Assembly: GCA_965207885.1 (NCBI GenBank)
Contig: OZ242311.1
Span: 4,608,001-4,672,000 of the forward strand
Length of the DNA: 64,000 nt
Reading direction: 5' to 3'
Origin: Candidatus Latescibacterota bacterium
Lineage (GTDB): Bacteria; Latescibacterota; UBA2968
Made by a program: the position numbers and the translations under genes
Shown here: positions 9,263-18,681 of the stretch, one piece after another
Layout of the letters: each line of letters opens with the position of its first letter
Position numbering within the stretch: position 1 is the first letter of the stretch
The notes under the pieces: generated by a model
Told to the model about the DNA's origin: nothing
What the model saw: the letters and a program-made list of their open reading frames with translations, nothing else
Databases searched by the model: none

Positions 9263-10384
9263 CATTTGCGAGAGGGCGTCGTCGAGTTTTTGGACGGTGC
9301 GGTCAATGTTCTGGAGTTTGTCCAGGCCGAATAGGCCCAGGCGAAAGGTTTGAAAATCTTCTGGTTCGTCGCATTGCAAGGGTACGCCAGCGGCGATTTG
9401 AAGGCCCGCGTCCATAAATTTTTTTCCGGTGTGTATGTCGGGGTCTTCGGTGTAGCTGACTACCACTCCCGGTGCCTGGAATCCCTCTGCGGCTACGCTT
9501 TTTATGCCTTTGCTGTTTAAAAGTGCCCGCACTTTGTCGCCGAGTTCGCGTTGTTGCGCGCAAATTTTTTCAAAGCCGTAATTTTCGGTTTCTTTCATTG
9601 TGTTGCGAAAAACTGTGAGGGCATCCGTAGGCATGGTTGCGTGATACGCATGGCCGCCACCTTCGTAAGCTTCCATAATTTGAAGCCATTTGTGCAGGTC
9701 GCAGGCAAAACTGGTGCTGGTTGTGGATTCAATTTTTTCTAGTGCAGAGGAAGAGAGCATGACGAGGCCACAACACGCAGCGGCACTCCAGCCTTTTTGT
9801 GGGGCGCTGATCAGGATATCGACACCGCTGGCTTTCATATCGACCCAGATTGTTCCCGAGGCGATGCAGTCCAATACCAGGAGGCCGCCAGCAGCGTGTA
9901 TGGCATCTGCTACGGAACAGATGTAGTCGTCGGGCAGAATGATCCCGGATGCGGTTTCGACGTGTGGCGCGAAGACAAAGTCCGGTTTTTCCGATGCGAT
10001 TGTCTCTGTGACCTCTTCGATGGGCGGAGGTGCAAATGGGGCGTGTTTGTCTTCGCCTGTGCGCCGCGCTTTAAGGACTATGGATTGGGATGGGATGTCG
10101 CCCATTTCGAAGATTTGGGTCCAGCGATAGCTGAACCATCCATTGCGAATGACCAGGCATTTTTTGTCTGTGGCAAATTGTCGCGCTACGGCTTCCATGC
10201 CAAATGTGCCACTGCCGGGTACGACAATGACCGCGCTGGCGCAATACACTTTTTTGAGTGTGGTGGAGATATCTCGCATGATGCTCTGGAAGGATTGCGA
10301 CATGTGGTTGAGTGCGCGGTCTGTATAGACGACAGAGTATTCCAGGAGTTTATCGGGGTCACTATTGGGAGGTAAACTCGACAT
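9248..10384 (-). CDS. Class V PLP aminotransferase (alanine/serine-glyoxylate aminotransferase-like)
   Basis: PGSGTFGMEAVA, HVETASG, LDCIASG, ISAPQKGW (PLP lysine). Confidence 0.9.
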   Translation of the reverse strand: MSSLPPNSDPDKLLEYSVVYTDRALNHMSQSFQSIMRDISTTLKKVYCASAVIVVPGSGTFGMEAVARQFATDKKCLVIRNGWFSYRWTQIFEMGDIPSQSIVLKARRTGEDKHAPFAPPPIEEVTETIASEKPDFVFAPHVETASGIILPDDYICSVADAIHAAGGLLVLDCIASGTIWVDMKASGVDILISAPQKGWSAAACCGLVMLSSSALEKIESTTSTSFACDLHKWLQIMEAYEGGGHAYHATMPTDALTVFRNTMKETENYGFEKICAQQRELGDKVRALLNSKGIKSVAAEGFQAPGVVVSYTEDPDIHTGKKFMDAGLQIAAGVPLQCDEPEDFQTFRLGLFGLDKLQNIDRTVQKLDDALSQMRIDE

Positions 10385-10417
10385 GTTCGCCTCTATGAAA
10401 GAGATTGGTGATGTGAT

Positions 10418-11386
10418 TTATAGTTCTACTTCGGCGATGGCTATGCCGCTTTCTCCTGCGACGGCATATAGCAAATAGATGTGGCCATTTTCTTCAAAGA
10501 TTGCGGGGTCGCGCAACTGGTTGACGTGTCCATAAGCCACGCTGCGAATAGAGGGTTCCAGAGGTGCATCTGCACCTTCCCATGGATGTTCTGGGCACAG
10601 GATTTCTACGCTTTCTGTTTCGCGCCAGTTTTGCCAGTCAGCCGATATGTCAATGGTGCTGAGTAATATGCTTTCGGGTACGTCTCCTACCTGTGTCCAG
10701 AATATGTACAGGGTATTTTCACGTTTTAATAGGGCTGCGTGGCGCATGTTTTTGTTGAATAGCAATGGGCCTTCTTCAAAGTGTGAGAATCCGTCAGTTG
10801 ACCGATAAAATTGGCCCGGCATTGCCATGCCATAGACATAACCCGCGTGTCGAAAAATTCTGAGGTAGCTTTTGGCGAAGGTTTCTGGGCGCGCTGTGAA
10901 GTTGATTCCATCGGCAGATGTGGCGACGCGGCTGATTTGATGTGCGAGTTTTTCGAGGCCGTGATAGTACATGACAATGGTTTGATCGGTGTGGCTGACG
11001 TGTACATCTGGCGATGCGATATGCGGTGTGGTGGCTTCTGTCACCAGGTCGTGGGATAATTTTTGAGGGCCTTTTTCCGCATGCCAGAGTGTTTTGATTT
11101 GTGCTATGTCTTTTTCTGATGCGGTGAGTGGCTGTGTGGGAAAATGCGATTCGGCGAGTTGCAGGGTTCCCGGTGGATGTATTTTCCAGGGTCCGCGCAG
11201 GTTATCTGTGTATGCGAGGCGGATGTACCGGCCTTTGTGGTCGGCAAAGTAGAGGTAATACGATCCGAGTGGTTCGGGTACCCAGTCGGGTACGCGGATT
11301 AGCGAGGGTCCCTGGATGTTGTGTCCGATACTCGGATGCAAATCCGGGGTGATGATGGGGGCATCGAGTAGTCGCGTGACGCGCAT
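10418..11386 (-). CDS. Beta-propeller glycoside-hydrolase-like protein
   Basis: GPSLIRVPDW, YYLYFADHKG, HIASPDV, LRDPAIFEE blade motifs. Confidence 0.6.
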   Translation of the reverse strand: MRVTRLLDAPIITPDLHPSIGHNIQGPSLIRVPDWVPEPLGSYYLYFADHKGRYIRLAYTDNLRGPWKIHPPGTLQLAESHFPTQPLTASEKDIAQIKTLWHAEKGPQKLSHDLVTEATTPHIASPDVHVSHTDQTIVMYYHGLEKLAHQISRVATSADGINFTARPETFAKSYLRIFRHAGYVYGMAMPGQFYRSTDGFSHFEEGPLLFNKNMRHAALLKRENTLYIFWTQVGDVPESILLSTIDISADWQNWRETESVEILCPEHPWEGADAPLEPSIRSVAYGHVNQLRDPAIFEENGHIYLLYAVAGESGIAIAEVEL

Positions 11387-11404
11387 GTTATTTTTCCTTA
11401 GTGC

Positions 11405-12397
11405 TTATACCAGTCCTGGTGTGAAGAGTACCATGTCGTCTTCAAAATTTCTCAATGGCGCAATGCCGAGTTTTTTGAGTGTATTGTGATAGATTTTGAC
11501 TCCTTCTTCCGGGCTGATAAGGCCATCTGCGATATCGCGCAGGACTTCGACAAATGCTCTGGGATTTTCAGCGCCTTTGATGCGGCGGCCAAAGAGGGCG
11601 ACGCGTGCGCCGTGTTTTTTGGCTTCAGATATGAGTTTGAATGAATCGTAAGTGGTGCTCGTTGGTCCGCCGAGGATGCCGACGACGACTGTGGAATCGT
11701 AGTTGACGAGGGCTTCCATAGATTCTGGGCCATTGTAGGCTATTTTCAAAAATTCGGGTCGCGATGCCCGGGGTATGCCGGCGAGCATCCGGGCGATCTG
11801 GTCATTGACGTATGCGGGGATGTCTTCTGCGCGCAACCCGCAGTCCGCTATATTGGGATTAAAGACTTCGAGGAAGTATCGAAATCCTTTGCGTGTGGCT
11901 TCTGTTCTGAATGTTTTAAACTGCATCAGTGAGAGCCAGTCTGTATCCAGGTTGTTGTTGAATGTGATGGAGTACAGGCCGAGGTCGATATCTGGTTTTT
12001 GGTCGGGTTGGGGCAATAGCGTGCCGTATTGCGCTTCTTCAATTGTGGGTGAGGCAAAGGGGCGAGACGGAAGGGAGGTGTATTCTGCGCCTGTTGCATC
12101 CCACAGGTCGGTTGTGTCGTTGGCGCGCACGGCAGGTGTTACGGGCGATGTGTCAAAGAGCCGTTTCTCATGTGCCAGGACATCCATAGTGGAGACAGAG
12201 GTCAGTAAAACGTCGATTTTTGCTTGTTCAGTGATATCCACAAGGTCATCGTAATAGGCTTGTATAGATGGCGTGGCATCTGTGAGTGTTGCAAGTCCTT
12301 TTGACATGTCGGGATCAGCGGCATACGCGATGATAAATGCATCGCTGTTGGGATTGCTGCGTATGTCGGCGAGTTTTGTGTCTAATGATTTTTTCAT
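11405..12397 (-). CDS. Uncharacterised TIM-barrel protein, class I aldolase-like
   Basis: FLEVFNPN, PEFLKIAY (possible Schiff-base Lys), GILGG, ALFGRRI. Confidence 0.5.
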   Translation of the reverse strand: MKKSLDTKLADIRSNPNSDAFIIAYAADPDMSKGLATLTDATPSIQAYYDDLVDITEQAKIDVLLTSVSTMDVLAHEKRLFDTSPVTPAVRANDTTDLWDATGAEYTSLPSRPFASPTIEEAQYGTLLPQPDQKPDIDLGLYSITFNNNLDTDWLSLMQFKTFRTEATRKGFRYFLEVFNPNIADCGLRAEDIPAYVNDQIARMLAGIPRASRPEFLKIAYNGPESMEALVNYDSTVVVGILGGPTSTTYDSFKLISEAKKHGARVALFGRRIKGAENPRAFVEVLRDIADGLISPEEGVKIYHNTLKKLGIAPLRNFEDDMVLFTPGLV

Positions 12398-13059
12398 CTG
12401 TGTCCTTTTCCTGTTTTGTGAATTAAGATCACATCGGCTCCGATGAATTCGATTTCTGTTTTATAGGTGTTTCCCAACCATTCAAATGTGGATTTTGAAA
12501 AAAAACAGATGTGTGTTGGGTCTCTTTTGTAATGCCAGTTTTTAAATGCGGATTTGTCGATTGCGAGTTTGGTCATGATGCCGAGTATGCCGCCAGGTTT
12601 TACAAGGCGATAAAGTCTTTGCAGTTCACGTTGGGGATTTTTCAGGTGTTCGACGACTTCTGTTGCTGTTACAAAGTCGTATTCGCGCTGGAAGACTTCG
12701 GGGTTATGCGCGTAAAATTTGTCGTATATATCGACGGTATGTCCGGATTCTTGAAACATGAGGGATAATGTCGGTCCGGGACCGCATCCGAAATCCAGGC
12801 CGTGCGCGCGTTTGGGTAGGCGCGCTTTCAGGGGGTTGCAAATTCGCGATAAAAATGCCCTGTATTTTGGGTCTTCTGGATTATTTCTGTGCAGGTCGTA
12901 CCGCTGTTTTTCCTCTTGTTCTGATAGGTGAAAAGTTTTGGGGACAAAGACGAGGGAACAATCCGTACAAATCAGATATTCTCTGAATGTGTCGCGGAGA
13001 TAGTGGGTTGTGTTCTGGCTTTTGCAAAGCGGGCAGGTTTCCGCTGGCGAGTTGTGCAT
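12394..13059 (-). CDS. Class I SAM-dependent methyltransferase with N-terminal CxxC pairs
   Basis: CPLC..CTDC; GLDFGCGPGP; TEVVEH; WHYKRDPTHICFF. Confidence 0.9.
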   Translation of the reverse strand: MHNSPAETCPLCKSQNTTHYLRDTFREYLICTDCSLVFVPKTFHLSEQEEKQRYDLHRNNPEDPKYRAFLSRICNPLKARLPKRAHGLDFGCGPGPTLSLMFQESGHTVDIYDKFYAHNPEVFQREYDFVTATEVVEHLKNPQRELQRLYRLVKPGGILGIMTKLAIDKSAFKNWHYKRDPTHICFFSKSTFEWLGNTYKTEIEFIGADVILIHKTGKGHR

Positions 13060-13190
13060 AGTGATAGATTAAATGATGTGGCGTCTCAAAATCCCATTGT
13101 ATTATTCGTGCAATGAGAATATCTTTGGCTCCGACCCTGCATAAGGTAACAATTTATCCATTTTTCACAATACACAAAACGGAGAATTTC

Positions 13191-14819
13191 ATGACTGGTT
13201 ACGATGCTATGGCGCGTGTGCTCAAGGCAGAGGGTGTTGAATTTCTGGTGGCATTTCCCCATCAGACACTGATTGAAGCGTCGGCGAAGGCGGGGATTAC
13301 CCCTATTATTTGTCGTCAGGAGCGCGCGGGTGTCAATATGGCCGATGGTTTTAGTCGCGTGTCCAATGGAAAAAGGTTTGGCGTTTTTACGATGCAGCAA
13401 GGTCCCGGCGCGGAAAATGCGTTTGGGGGCGTGGCACAGGCGTATGCGGATTCGGTGCCCGTGTTGCATTTGCCCGGTGGGGAAGCGCTGTCGCGTCAGG
13501 GTATTCATCCCACGTTTGAAGCGGTGCGGAATTACCGTCATATTACGAAGTGGGCGGCTCAAATATACGCGGTAGAGGATATTCCGGTTATGATGCGTCG
13601 CGCGGTTGTACAGATGAAGAGCGGGCGTTTGGGTCCCGTGTTGTTGGAGATGCACAGGGAGGCGATGGCTGCCGAATATCCCGGTGAGGAGGTCGCTTAT
13701 ACGCCGGTTCAGGCCCGGCGCTCTGCCGCTGCGTCTGAAGATGTGCGCGATATGATTACAGATCTTCTCAGCGCTCAGCGTCCGGTTATTATTGCGGGGC
13801 AGGGGGTGTTGTATGCAGAGGCGACGGAAGAATTGATCGAGTTTGCCGAGTTGGCCAGTGTTCCCGTGATGACGACGCTTGCGGGTAAGAGTGCTTTTCC
13901 AGAGACGCATCCGCTATCACTGGGTACTGGCGGACACACATATACGTTGATGGTCAAGCGGTTTTTGGCGTCGATGGATTTTGGATTGGGTATTGGTACG
14001 AGTTTTACGCGCAATACATTTACCACGCCGATGCCAGAGGGGGTTCCCCTGGCTCAGGTGACGAATTGTGCCGAGGATATGGGTAAGGATTTCGAGGTTG
14101 CAGTGGGCGCGCTGGGGGATGCGAAGCTGGTTTTGAGGCAGATGATTGAGGAGGTCAAGCGACAGGTTGGCGAGGGTGGGCGCGAGAACGATGCCGAGGA
14201 TCGGGTCGCCGCTGTGACCCGGGAGTTTGCCGATTTATGGGAGCCGCATTTTACGTCGGATGAGATTCCGATTAGTCCGTATCGCGTGATTCGAGAGTTG
14301 GAGAATGCGGTCGATGTGGGCAATACGATTATTACCCACGATTCGGGTTATCCGCGGGATCAACTCGTTCCGACGTGGAAGCCCGTGACGCCGCGCGGGT
14401 ACCTGGGATGGGGTAAGTCAACGCAACTCGGATATGGTCTGGGGATGGCAGTGGGCGCAAAGTTGGCTGCGCCGGAGAAACAGGTGATCAATTTGATGGG
14501 TGATGCGGCGTTTGGGATGGCAGGGCTGGATCTGGAGACGGCTGTTCGGGCAGATATTCCGATTTTTACGGTTGTGCTCAATAATGGCGTGATGACGAAG
14601 TACGATTCGCATATGCCGTATGCTTCAGATCGCTTTGGGAGCAATGAGTTGAGCGGAAATTACACCCATGTGAGCGCGGGGTTGGGCGCACAGGCAGAGC
14701 GCGTGGATACGCCCGACGAACTCGCACCCGCGATCCATCGCGCACTCGCCGCGAATAGAGAGGGCAAAACCGCTGTGCTGGAGGTTATGACCAAGGCAGA
14801 GCCAAATGTTCCGACGTAA
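13191..14819 (+). CDS. Thiamine pyrophosphate-requiring enzyme (acetolactate synthase-like)
   Basis: RQERAGVNMADG, QGPGAEN, MGDAAFGM...LNN TPP motif; RBS GGAG before 13191. Confidence 0.9.
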   Translation: MTGYDAMARVLKAEGVEFLVAFPHQTLIEASAKAGITPIICRQERAGVNMADGFSRVSNGKRFGVFTMQQGPGAENAFGGVAQAYADSVPVLHLPGGEALSRQGIHPTFEAVRNYRHITKWAAQIYAVEDIPVMMRRAVVQMKSGRLGPVLLEMHREAMAAEYPGEEVAYTPVQARRSAAASEDVRDMITDLLSAQRPVIIAGQGVLYAEATEELIEFAELASVPVMTTLAGKSAFPETHPLSLGTGGHTYTLMVKRFLASMDFGLGIGTSFTRNTFTTPMPEGVPLAQVTNCAEDMGKDFEVAVGALGDAKLVLRQMIEEVKRQVGEGGRENDAEDRVAAVTREFADLWEPHFTSDEIPISPYRVIRELENAVDVGNTIITHDSGYPRDQLVPTWKPVTPRGYLGWGKSTQLGYGLGMAVGAKLAAPEKQVINLMGDAAFGMAGLDLETAVRADIPIFTVVLNNGVMTKYDSHMPYASDRFGSNELSGNYTHVSAGLGAQAERVDTPDELAPAIHRALAANREGKTAVLEVMTKAEPNVPT

Positions 14820-14843
14820 GTGTACAGGCACTCGTTCAATGAA

Positions 14844-15728
14844 TCAGTGGATGAATTCCTGGCCGATTTTCCATACCCCTTTCTCGCGGAAAGCGGGAAT
14901 GGTCTGGCGGCGGGCGGCGTTGGTGACAGCAGGTGCCGAAAGCGCATTCTGTCTTATGTAATCCGATAGATTGATGATTGCCTCTCCCTTCAAATAGCTC
15001 AGTCGCTTGTGCAACGATTCTGTGAGAGCCAGTGATAGAATTCCTTCCATCGTCCTGGTCGTTCTGTTATCTCCATAGTCTCTGAATGCCCGGTAGTACG
15101 TCTCTTTCTCCGAGTTGCGAATGATAAGGCGCGGCAGGCCGAGTTGCAGGAGTTGAAAATTGATAATGACCCGCCCCATGCGGCCATTGCCGTCGCAAAA
15201 GGGATGGATGGTCTCGAAGTCCAGATGAAATCGGGCAATTTTATCCAGGAAGTAGGTGTCGAGGTCGCTGGAATACTCGATGAGGATATTATCTATCATG
15301 CGCTCTACATGTTCAGATGCTGGCGCAATATGAGTACCCACCCGCACGTATTCTCCCTGCTGGCGAAACCGTCCTGCAATGTCATCGTTGATGCCGCCGA
15401 TAAGCATCTGATGCAAAAGTAGCATCAGGTCTTTGTTCAGTTCGCTATCTTTGGCTCTGTTGCGCTTATATGCTGTGACGCGAGCCAGGTTTTTCGCCTC
15501 AAAGACTTCCCGCACAGATACATTCCGAGATAACATCTGCTCCAATAGGATTTTTTCTGTTTCATTGAGGGTGAGGGTGGAGTTTTCAATGGCGTTTGAG
15601 TTGTACACGCTCTCAGGTACCTCTACTTCGTCAATCATCGACAGTAGCGATTCTTTACCCTGGCGCAAGGTATCGTACTCTCGTTTCAGAGTCTGGATGC
15701 GGTTTTTTGTCGGTTGTCTGCTTGCCAT
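14844..15728 (-). CDS. Fic family AMPylase with N-terminal inhibitory motif and C-terminal HTH-like tail
   Basis: HPFCDGNGRMGR catalytic loop; SNAIEN inhibitory (S/T)xxxE(G/N) motif. Confidence 0.93.
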   Translation of the reverse strand: MASRQPTKNRIQTLKREYDTLRQGKESLLSMIDEVEVPESVYNSNAIENSTLTLNETEKILLEQMLSRNVSVREVFEAKNLARVTAYKRNRAKDSELNKDLMLLLHQMLIGGINDDIAGRFRQQGEYVRVGTHIAPASEHVERMIDNILIEYSSDLDTYFLDKIARFHLDFETIHPFCDGNGRMGRVIINFQLLQLGLPRLIIRNSEKETYYRAFRDYGDNRTTRTMEGILSLALTESLHKRLSYLKGEAIINLSDYIRQNALSAPAVTNAARRQTIPAFREKGVWKIGQEFIH

Positions 15729-15734
15729 ATCATT

Positions 15735-15763
15735 AGAATAACCGATTCACGGTATATTGTCAA
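15735..15763 (-). promoter_or_regulatory. Sigma70 promoter of fic, probably giving a leaderless mRNA
   Basis: TTGACA-17 nt-TATTCT, then 6 nt to the ATG with no Shine-Dalgarno. Confidence 0.6.
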
Positions 15764-15845
15764 ATTTTAGTGAATAGATAAGTCAAAATGGGTATCATTC
15801 ATGGTAAATTGCTAAATTTTAGTGAATGGATAGGTTAAAATGGGT
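15762..15845 (+). repeat. 32-bp direct repeat x2 (29/32 identical) with a 20-bp spacer
   Basis: AAATTTTAGTGAATAGATAAGTCAAAATGGGT (15762-15793) and AAATTTTAGTGAATGGATAGGTTAAAATGGGT (15814-15845). Confidence 0.9.
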
Positions 15846-16208
15846 GCTCTTGATAAATTCCACAATAAGGCTATGGAAGTGGCGTTTTTCGCTGACCAAG
15901 AACGACGGCGGGGTAATGAGAAACAGGCAGCGGAGTTGTTTAAGCAGGCACTGGACCTGGAGCTTAAGGCCCTTGATGAGATAACCGAGCCTGTTGAACC
16001 GAGATACTCAGTATTGCATCGCAGTGCTGGTTGGCTGGCTTTGGACTGCAATAAACCACGCTTAGCAGAGCAACTGGCATGTAAAGCCCTCGCTGGCGAA
16101 CCTCATCCAAAAATCGCTGAGGAACTGCGCGATCTGCTGGCGGAAACCTACGCACGGATGCACGGCAAATCCAAGGGTGCCGCCGTGACCAAAACCGCTG
16201 ATGACTAA
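15840..16208 (+). CDS. Small all-alpha TPR-like hypothetical protein
   Basis: SVLHRSAGWLALDC...AEQLACKALAG...IAEELRDLL helical repeat pattern. Confidence 0.7.
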   Translation: MGALDKFHNKAMEVAFFADQERRRGNEKQAAELFKQALDLELKALDEITEPVEPRYSVLHRSAGWLALDCNKPRLAEQLACKALAGEPHPKIAEELRDLLAETYARMHGKSKGAAVTKTADD

Positions 16209-16307
16209 CTGCCCTTACAAGCGAGTTACTCGAGCGCATGTCCAGATTTCTACAACAACAAGGTTTTCTCTGAATTCCATCGCTCCAAAAATTCAGGAGG
16301 TTAATTA

Positions 16308-17990
16308 ATGTGGATGTACTCCCATTGTAATGGAATGGACCAGTATAGCCGTTACTTAAATGTGGGTCTTTACAGGGATACGCCTCTGTCCATCGGGAGT
16401 TCTGCGAAGGTTTGCCACGGGCAGTTTGGTCAATATCTTAAAGACAGATTAGAAATCCAGCGAATACCCTATGGCCTTTCAATGGCAGATATGATTGTCG
16501 AGCGTGCTCTAATTCCCGATCTCTTCGTCCGGTTACCTTCCGAATATTTTGCAAGTTGGGACAATTTCCCGCTTACAGAAGACTCCGAAATGTCAGAAGA
16601 GTTGAAACCTGCCGATTACCATAGCGTGTCTATTCCTGATGACGGCACTTGGTCGCTTGAATCTCTTTTGCATCCTTATGATGGAGAACTGAAGAGTGAT
16701 TTTGTCGGTCGGTTCTCAGGGGAAGTCCCTCGGACTCTGAAGAAACAGGAGCACTCTAATGGGGATTATTTCCGACCATATGAAGCATATTTTTCCTATT
16801 GGAAAAGCTATATTTTCGTAGAAGCTCTCGATGGCTATGAACATATTGATAAATTCCTATCGTGGAAGACAGGTCGAGAAATTTTGATATCGAGATTTAC
16901 AAATGTGAGCCAGCAGTGGGAAGAGAATTACAAGGATGTTTTCACACGACTCTCCTTTTATAGAACGGCAAAAACAATTTTGACCCTATGGGAGGCCCCT
17001 CGCATTTCAATTACCTATAAGGAACTTTCAGAGTTTATCCAAAAGGTAACGAATTGTAATTCTGAATTGCTAGAACAGGATATGGAAAAGCTCTTGATTC
17101 TGTTTGGACACTGGGAAAAACGACAGAAAGAGGGAAGACGGTATTATCCACAGGCGATAGAACTCCTCAGACAAGATATATATTTTCTTCTTGAATGGCT
17201 TTGTATCCTGACCAATAAGCCGCAAGAAGTCTATTTTAAGAAATGGAGCTATAATATAGAACCACATGATATCTGGGTACAACTCAAAGAGGTAATCTCT
17301 TATGAAGAATTTGAATTAGAAAGGAGATTTATTAGATATGTACCAAGCTATGCTGAGATTTTAAAAAAAGAGGGATATATAACGGATGTCAAAAGCGTCT
17401 ATGCGCGGCTTGCTGAACAGGAGAGCTTTTGGCCTTGGATCCGCGCTTTCTCTGATTTACACGACCAAATAGTACCAACGAGTTCCACAAAACCTCTTGT
17501 TTTCAAACAACCTCGAATTCTTGATCATCTTCTTGTATTAGCAATTCGTACGGAAGTATTAATTCGGGCGTTTTTTAGCAAGACCGATCAGGCTGAAGAA
17601 GTCCGGGATTTGCGTCTCGTATTTGATAAGTTCTCAAAAAAATTACCTGATAGATCGAAAGAACGAAGTATTTTGGGTACGATTTCTGATACAGAAAAAT
17701 GGAATAAAACTGAACTAAGCGGAAGACCTGACGAAATTTTTGGGAATATAGACCAAATTTCTCAGAAGAAGAAATGGAGTAAATTTCAGCATCATATCTT
17801 TTTATCTCTAATGCGATTTGTGACCGCACGAAATTATTTTGCCCACCACTCCTTCAAAGATGGAACGTTGAATTACCATGTAGAAAAACTCCCGGAACAA
17901 ATTTTGACTTCTTGCTTGGAAAGTGTGATTTATATGGATTCTGTCGTTCAAAAAATTATCTCAGACGATAAAAACCAAGTCTGCTCCTGA
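16308..17990 (+). CDS. Hypothetical protein with C-terminal HEPN (RxxxxH) domain; candidate defence RNase
   Basis: ARNYFAHH near the C-terminus; strong AGGAGG RBS; visibly AT-richer than flanking genes. Confidence 0.65.
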   Translation: MWMYSHCNGMDQYSRYLNVGLYRDTPLSIGSSAKVCHGQFGQYLKDRLEIQRIPYGLSMADMIVERALIPDLFVRLPSEYFASWDNFPLTEDSEMSEELKPADYHSVSIPDDGTWSLESLLHPYDGELKSDFVGRFSGEVPRTLKKQEHSNGDYFRPYEAYFSYWKSYIFVEALDGYEHIDKFLSWKTGREILISRFTNVSQQWEENYKDVFTRLSFYRTAKTILTLWEAPRISITYKELSEFIQKVTNCNSELLEQDMEKLLILFGHWEKRQKEGRRYYPQAIELLRQDIYFLLEWLCILTNKPQEVYFKKWSYNIEPHDIWVQLKEVISYEEFELERRFIRYVPSYAEILKKEGYITDVKSVYARLAEQESFWPWIRAFSDLHDQIVPTSSTKPLVFKQPRILDHLLVLAIRTEVLIRAFFSKTDQAEEVRDLRLVFDKFSKKLPDRSKERSILGTISDTEKWNKTELSGRPDEIFGNIDQISQKKKWSKFQHHIFLSLMRFVTARNYFAHHSFKDGTLNYHVEKLPEQILTSCLESVIYMDSVVQKIISDDKNQVCS

Positions 17991-18015
17991 TTCACGTTTC
18001 CTATTGCTTATCCTC

Positions 18016-18071
18016 TCCCTACATCCTTTCCACCGCATCCCGTATCTTCTTATCAAATCGCTCAATCAACG
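18016..18071 (-). repeat. 56-bp repeat copy A; resembles the 3' end of an RM methylase/specificity gene
   Basis: 48/56 identical to 18607-18662; translates LIERFDKKIRDAVERM*. Confidence 0.75.
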
Positions 18072-18108
18072 AACGAAAGGTCAATCGGTCTTAATTTGCC
18101 TGCGCTAC

Positions 18109-18236
18109 TTATTGCCAATCCTCTCCAGTGACCTGTTTAAGCACGGTTCGGACGAATTGATCGTCGAGATATAGACCTGCATAGCTCAGGCAAGGGTGAT
18201 GGTCGGCGAGGCATTGAGTATCCACCCCTCACTCAC
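18109..18236 (-). pseudogene. Internally deleted PIN-domain toxin (DUF3368-like)
   Basis: Only the N-terminus (VSEGWILNASPTITLA*) and C-terminus (AGLYLDDQFVRTVLKQVTGEDWQ*) remain; overlaps the UPF0175 stop. Confidence 0.7.
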
Positions 18237-18480
18237 TGTTTACTTCCTCTGCTATTTCGTCCACACTGTATTGGAATACTGAAACCTCAAACCGGCCCAG
18301 TGCCTCAATGAACTCACTGCGGGATAGTCCAGCAATCTCAGCCGCCCGGCTTTGAGAAACCTCCCCCATCTCGTACCATTTCACAGCGGCAGCCAAACGC
18401 AATTCTTGGGCGAAATGATCCGGGTCTTTTCGCACCGAAGAGAGCGCGTCTTCTGGCAGTTCAAAAGTGACTGTTACCAT
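18229..18480 (-). CDS. UPF0175 family putative antitoxin
   Basis: ELRLAAAVKWYEMGEVSQSRAAEIAGLSRSEFIEALGR; AGGAG RBS. Confidence 0.9.
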   Translation of the reverse strand: MVTVTFELPEDALSSVRKDPDHFAQELRLAAAVKWYEMGEVSQSRAAEIAGLSRSEFIEALGRFEVSVFQYSVDEIAEEVNSE

Positions 18481-18606
18481 GTGATTCTCTCCTGATAGAC
18501 CAATTTGTGTTGCGTGTAATCGTCCTACCACAGTCGCGTGGTTTTTTACAATATATGAGAACGCAATTGTTGAATCAAATCATTACTGCTATTTCACTTC
18601 ACTCGC

Positions 18607-18662
18607 TTCCCACACCCTTCCTACCGCAACCCGTATCTTCTTTTTAAATCGCTCAATCAACG
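18607..18662 (-). repeat. 56-bp repeat copy B; resembles the 3' end of an RM methylase/specificity gene
   Basis: Translates LIERFKKKIRVAVGRVWE(ASEVK*), preceded by AAT AGG GAA (NRE) out of frame. Confidence 0.75.
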
Positions 18663-18681
18663 TATTCCCTATTCTTAGGTC

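Noticed and set aside
15762-15845. Mini-CRISPR (32-bp repeats)
   Set aside because: Only two repeats, a 20-nt spacer, no palindrome, no cas genes, and the repeat includes a start codon.
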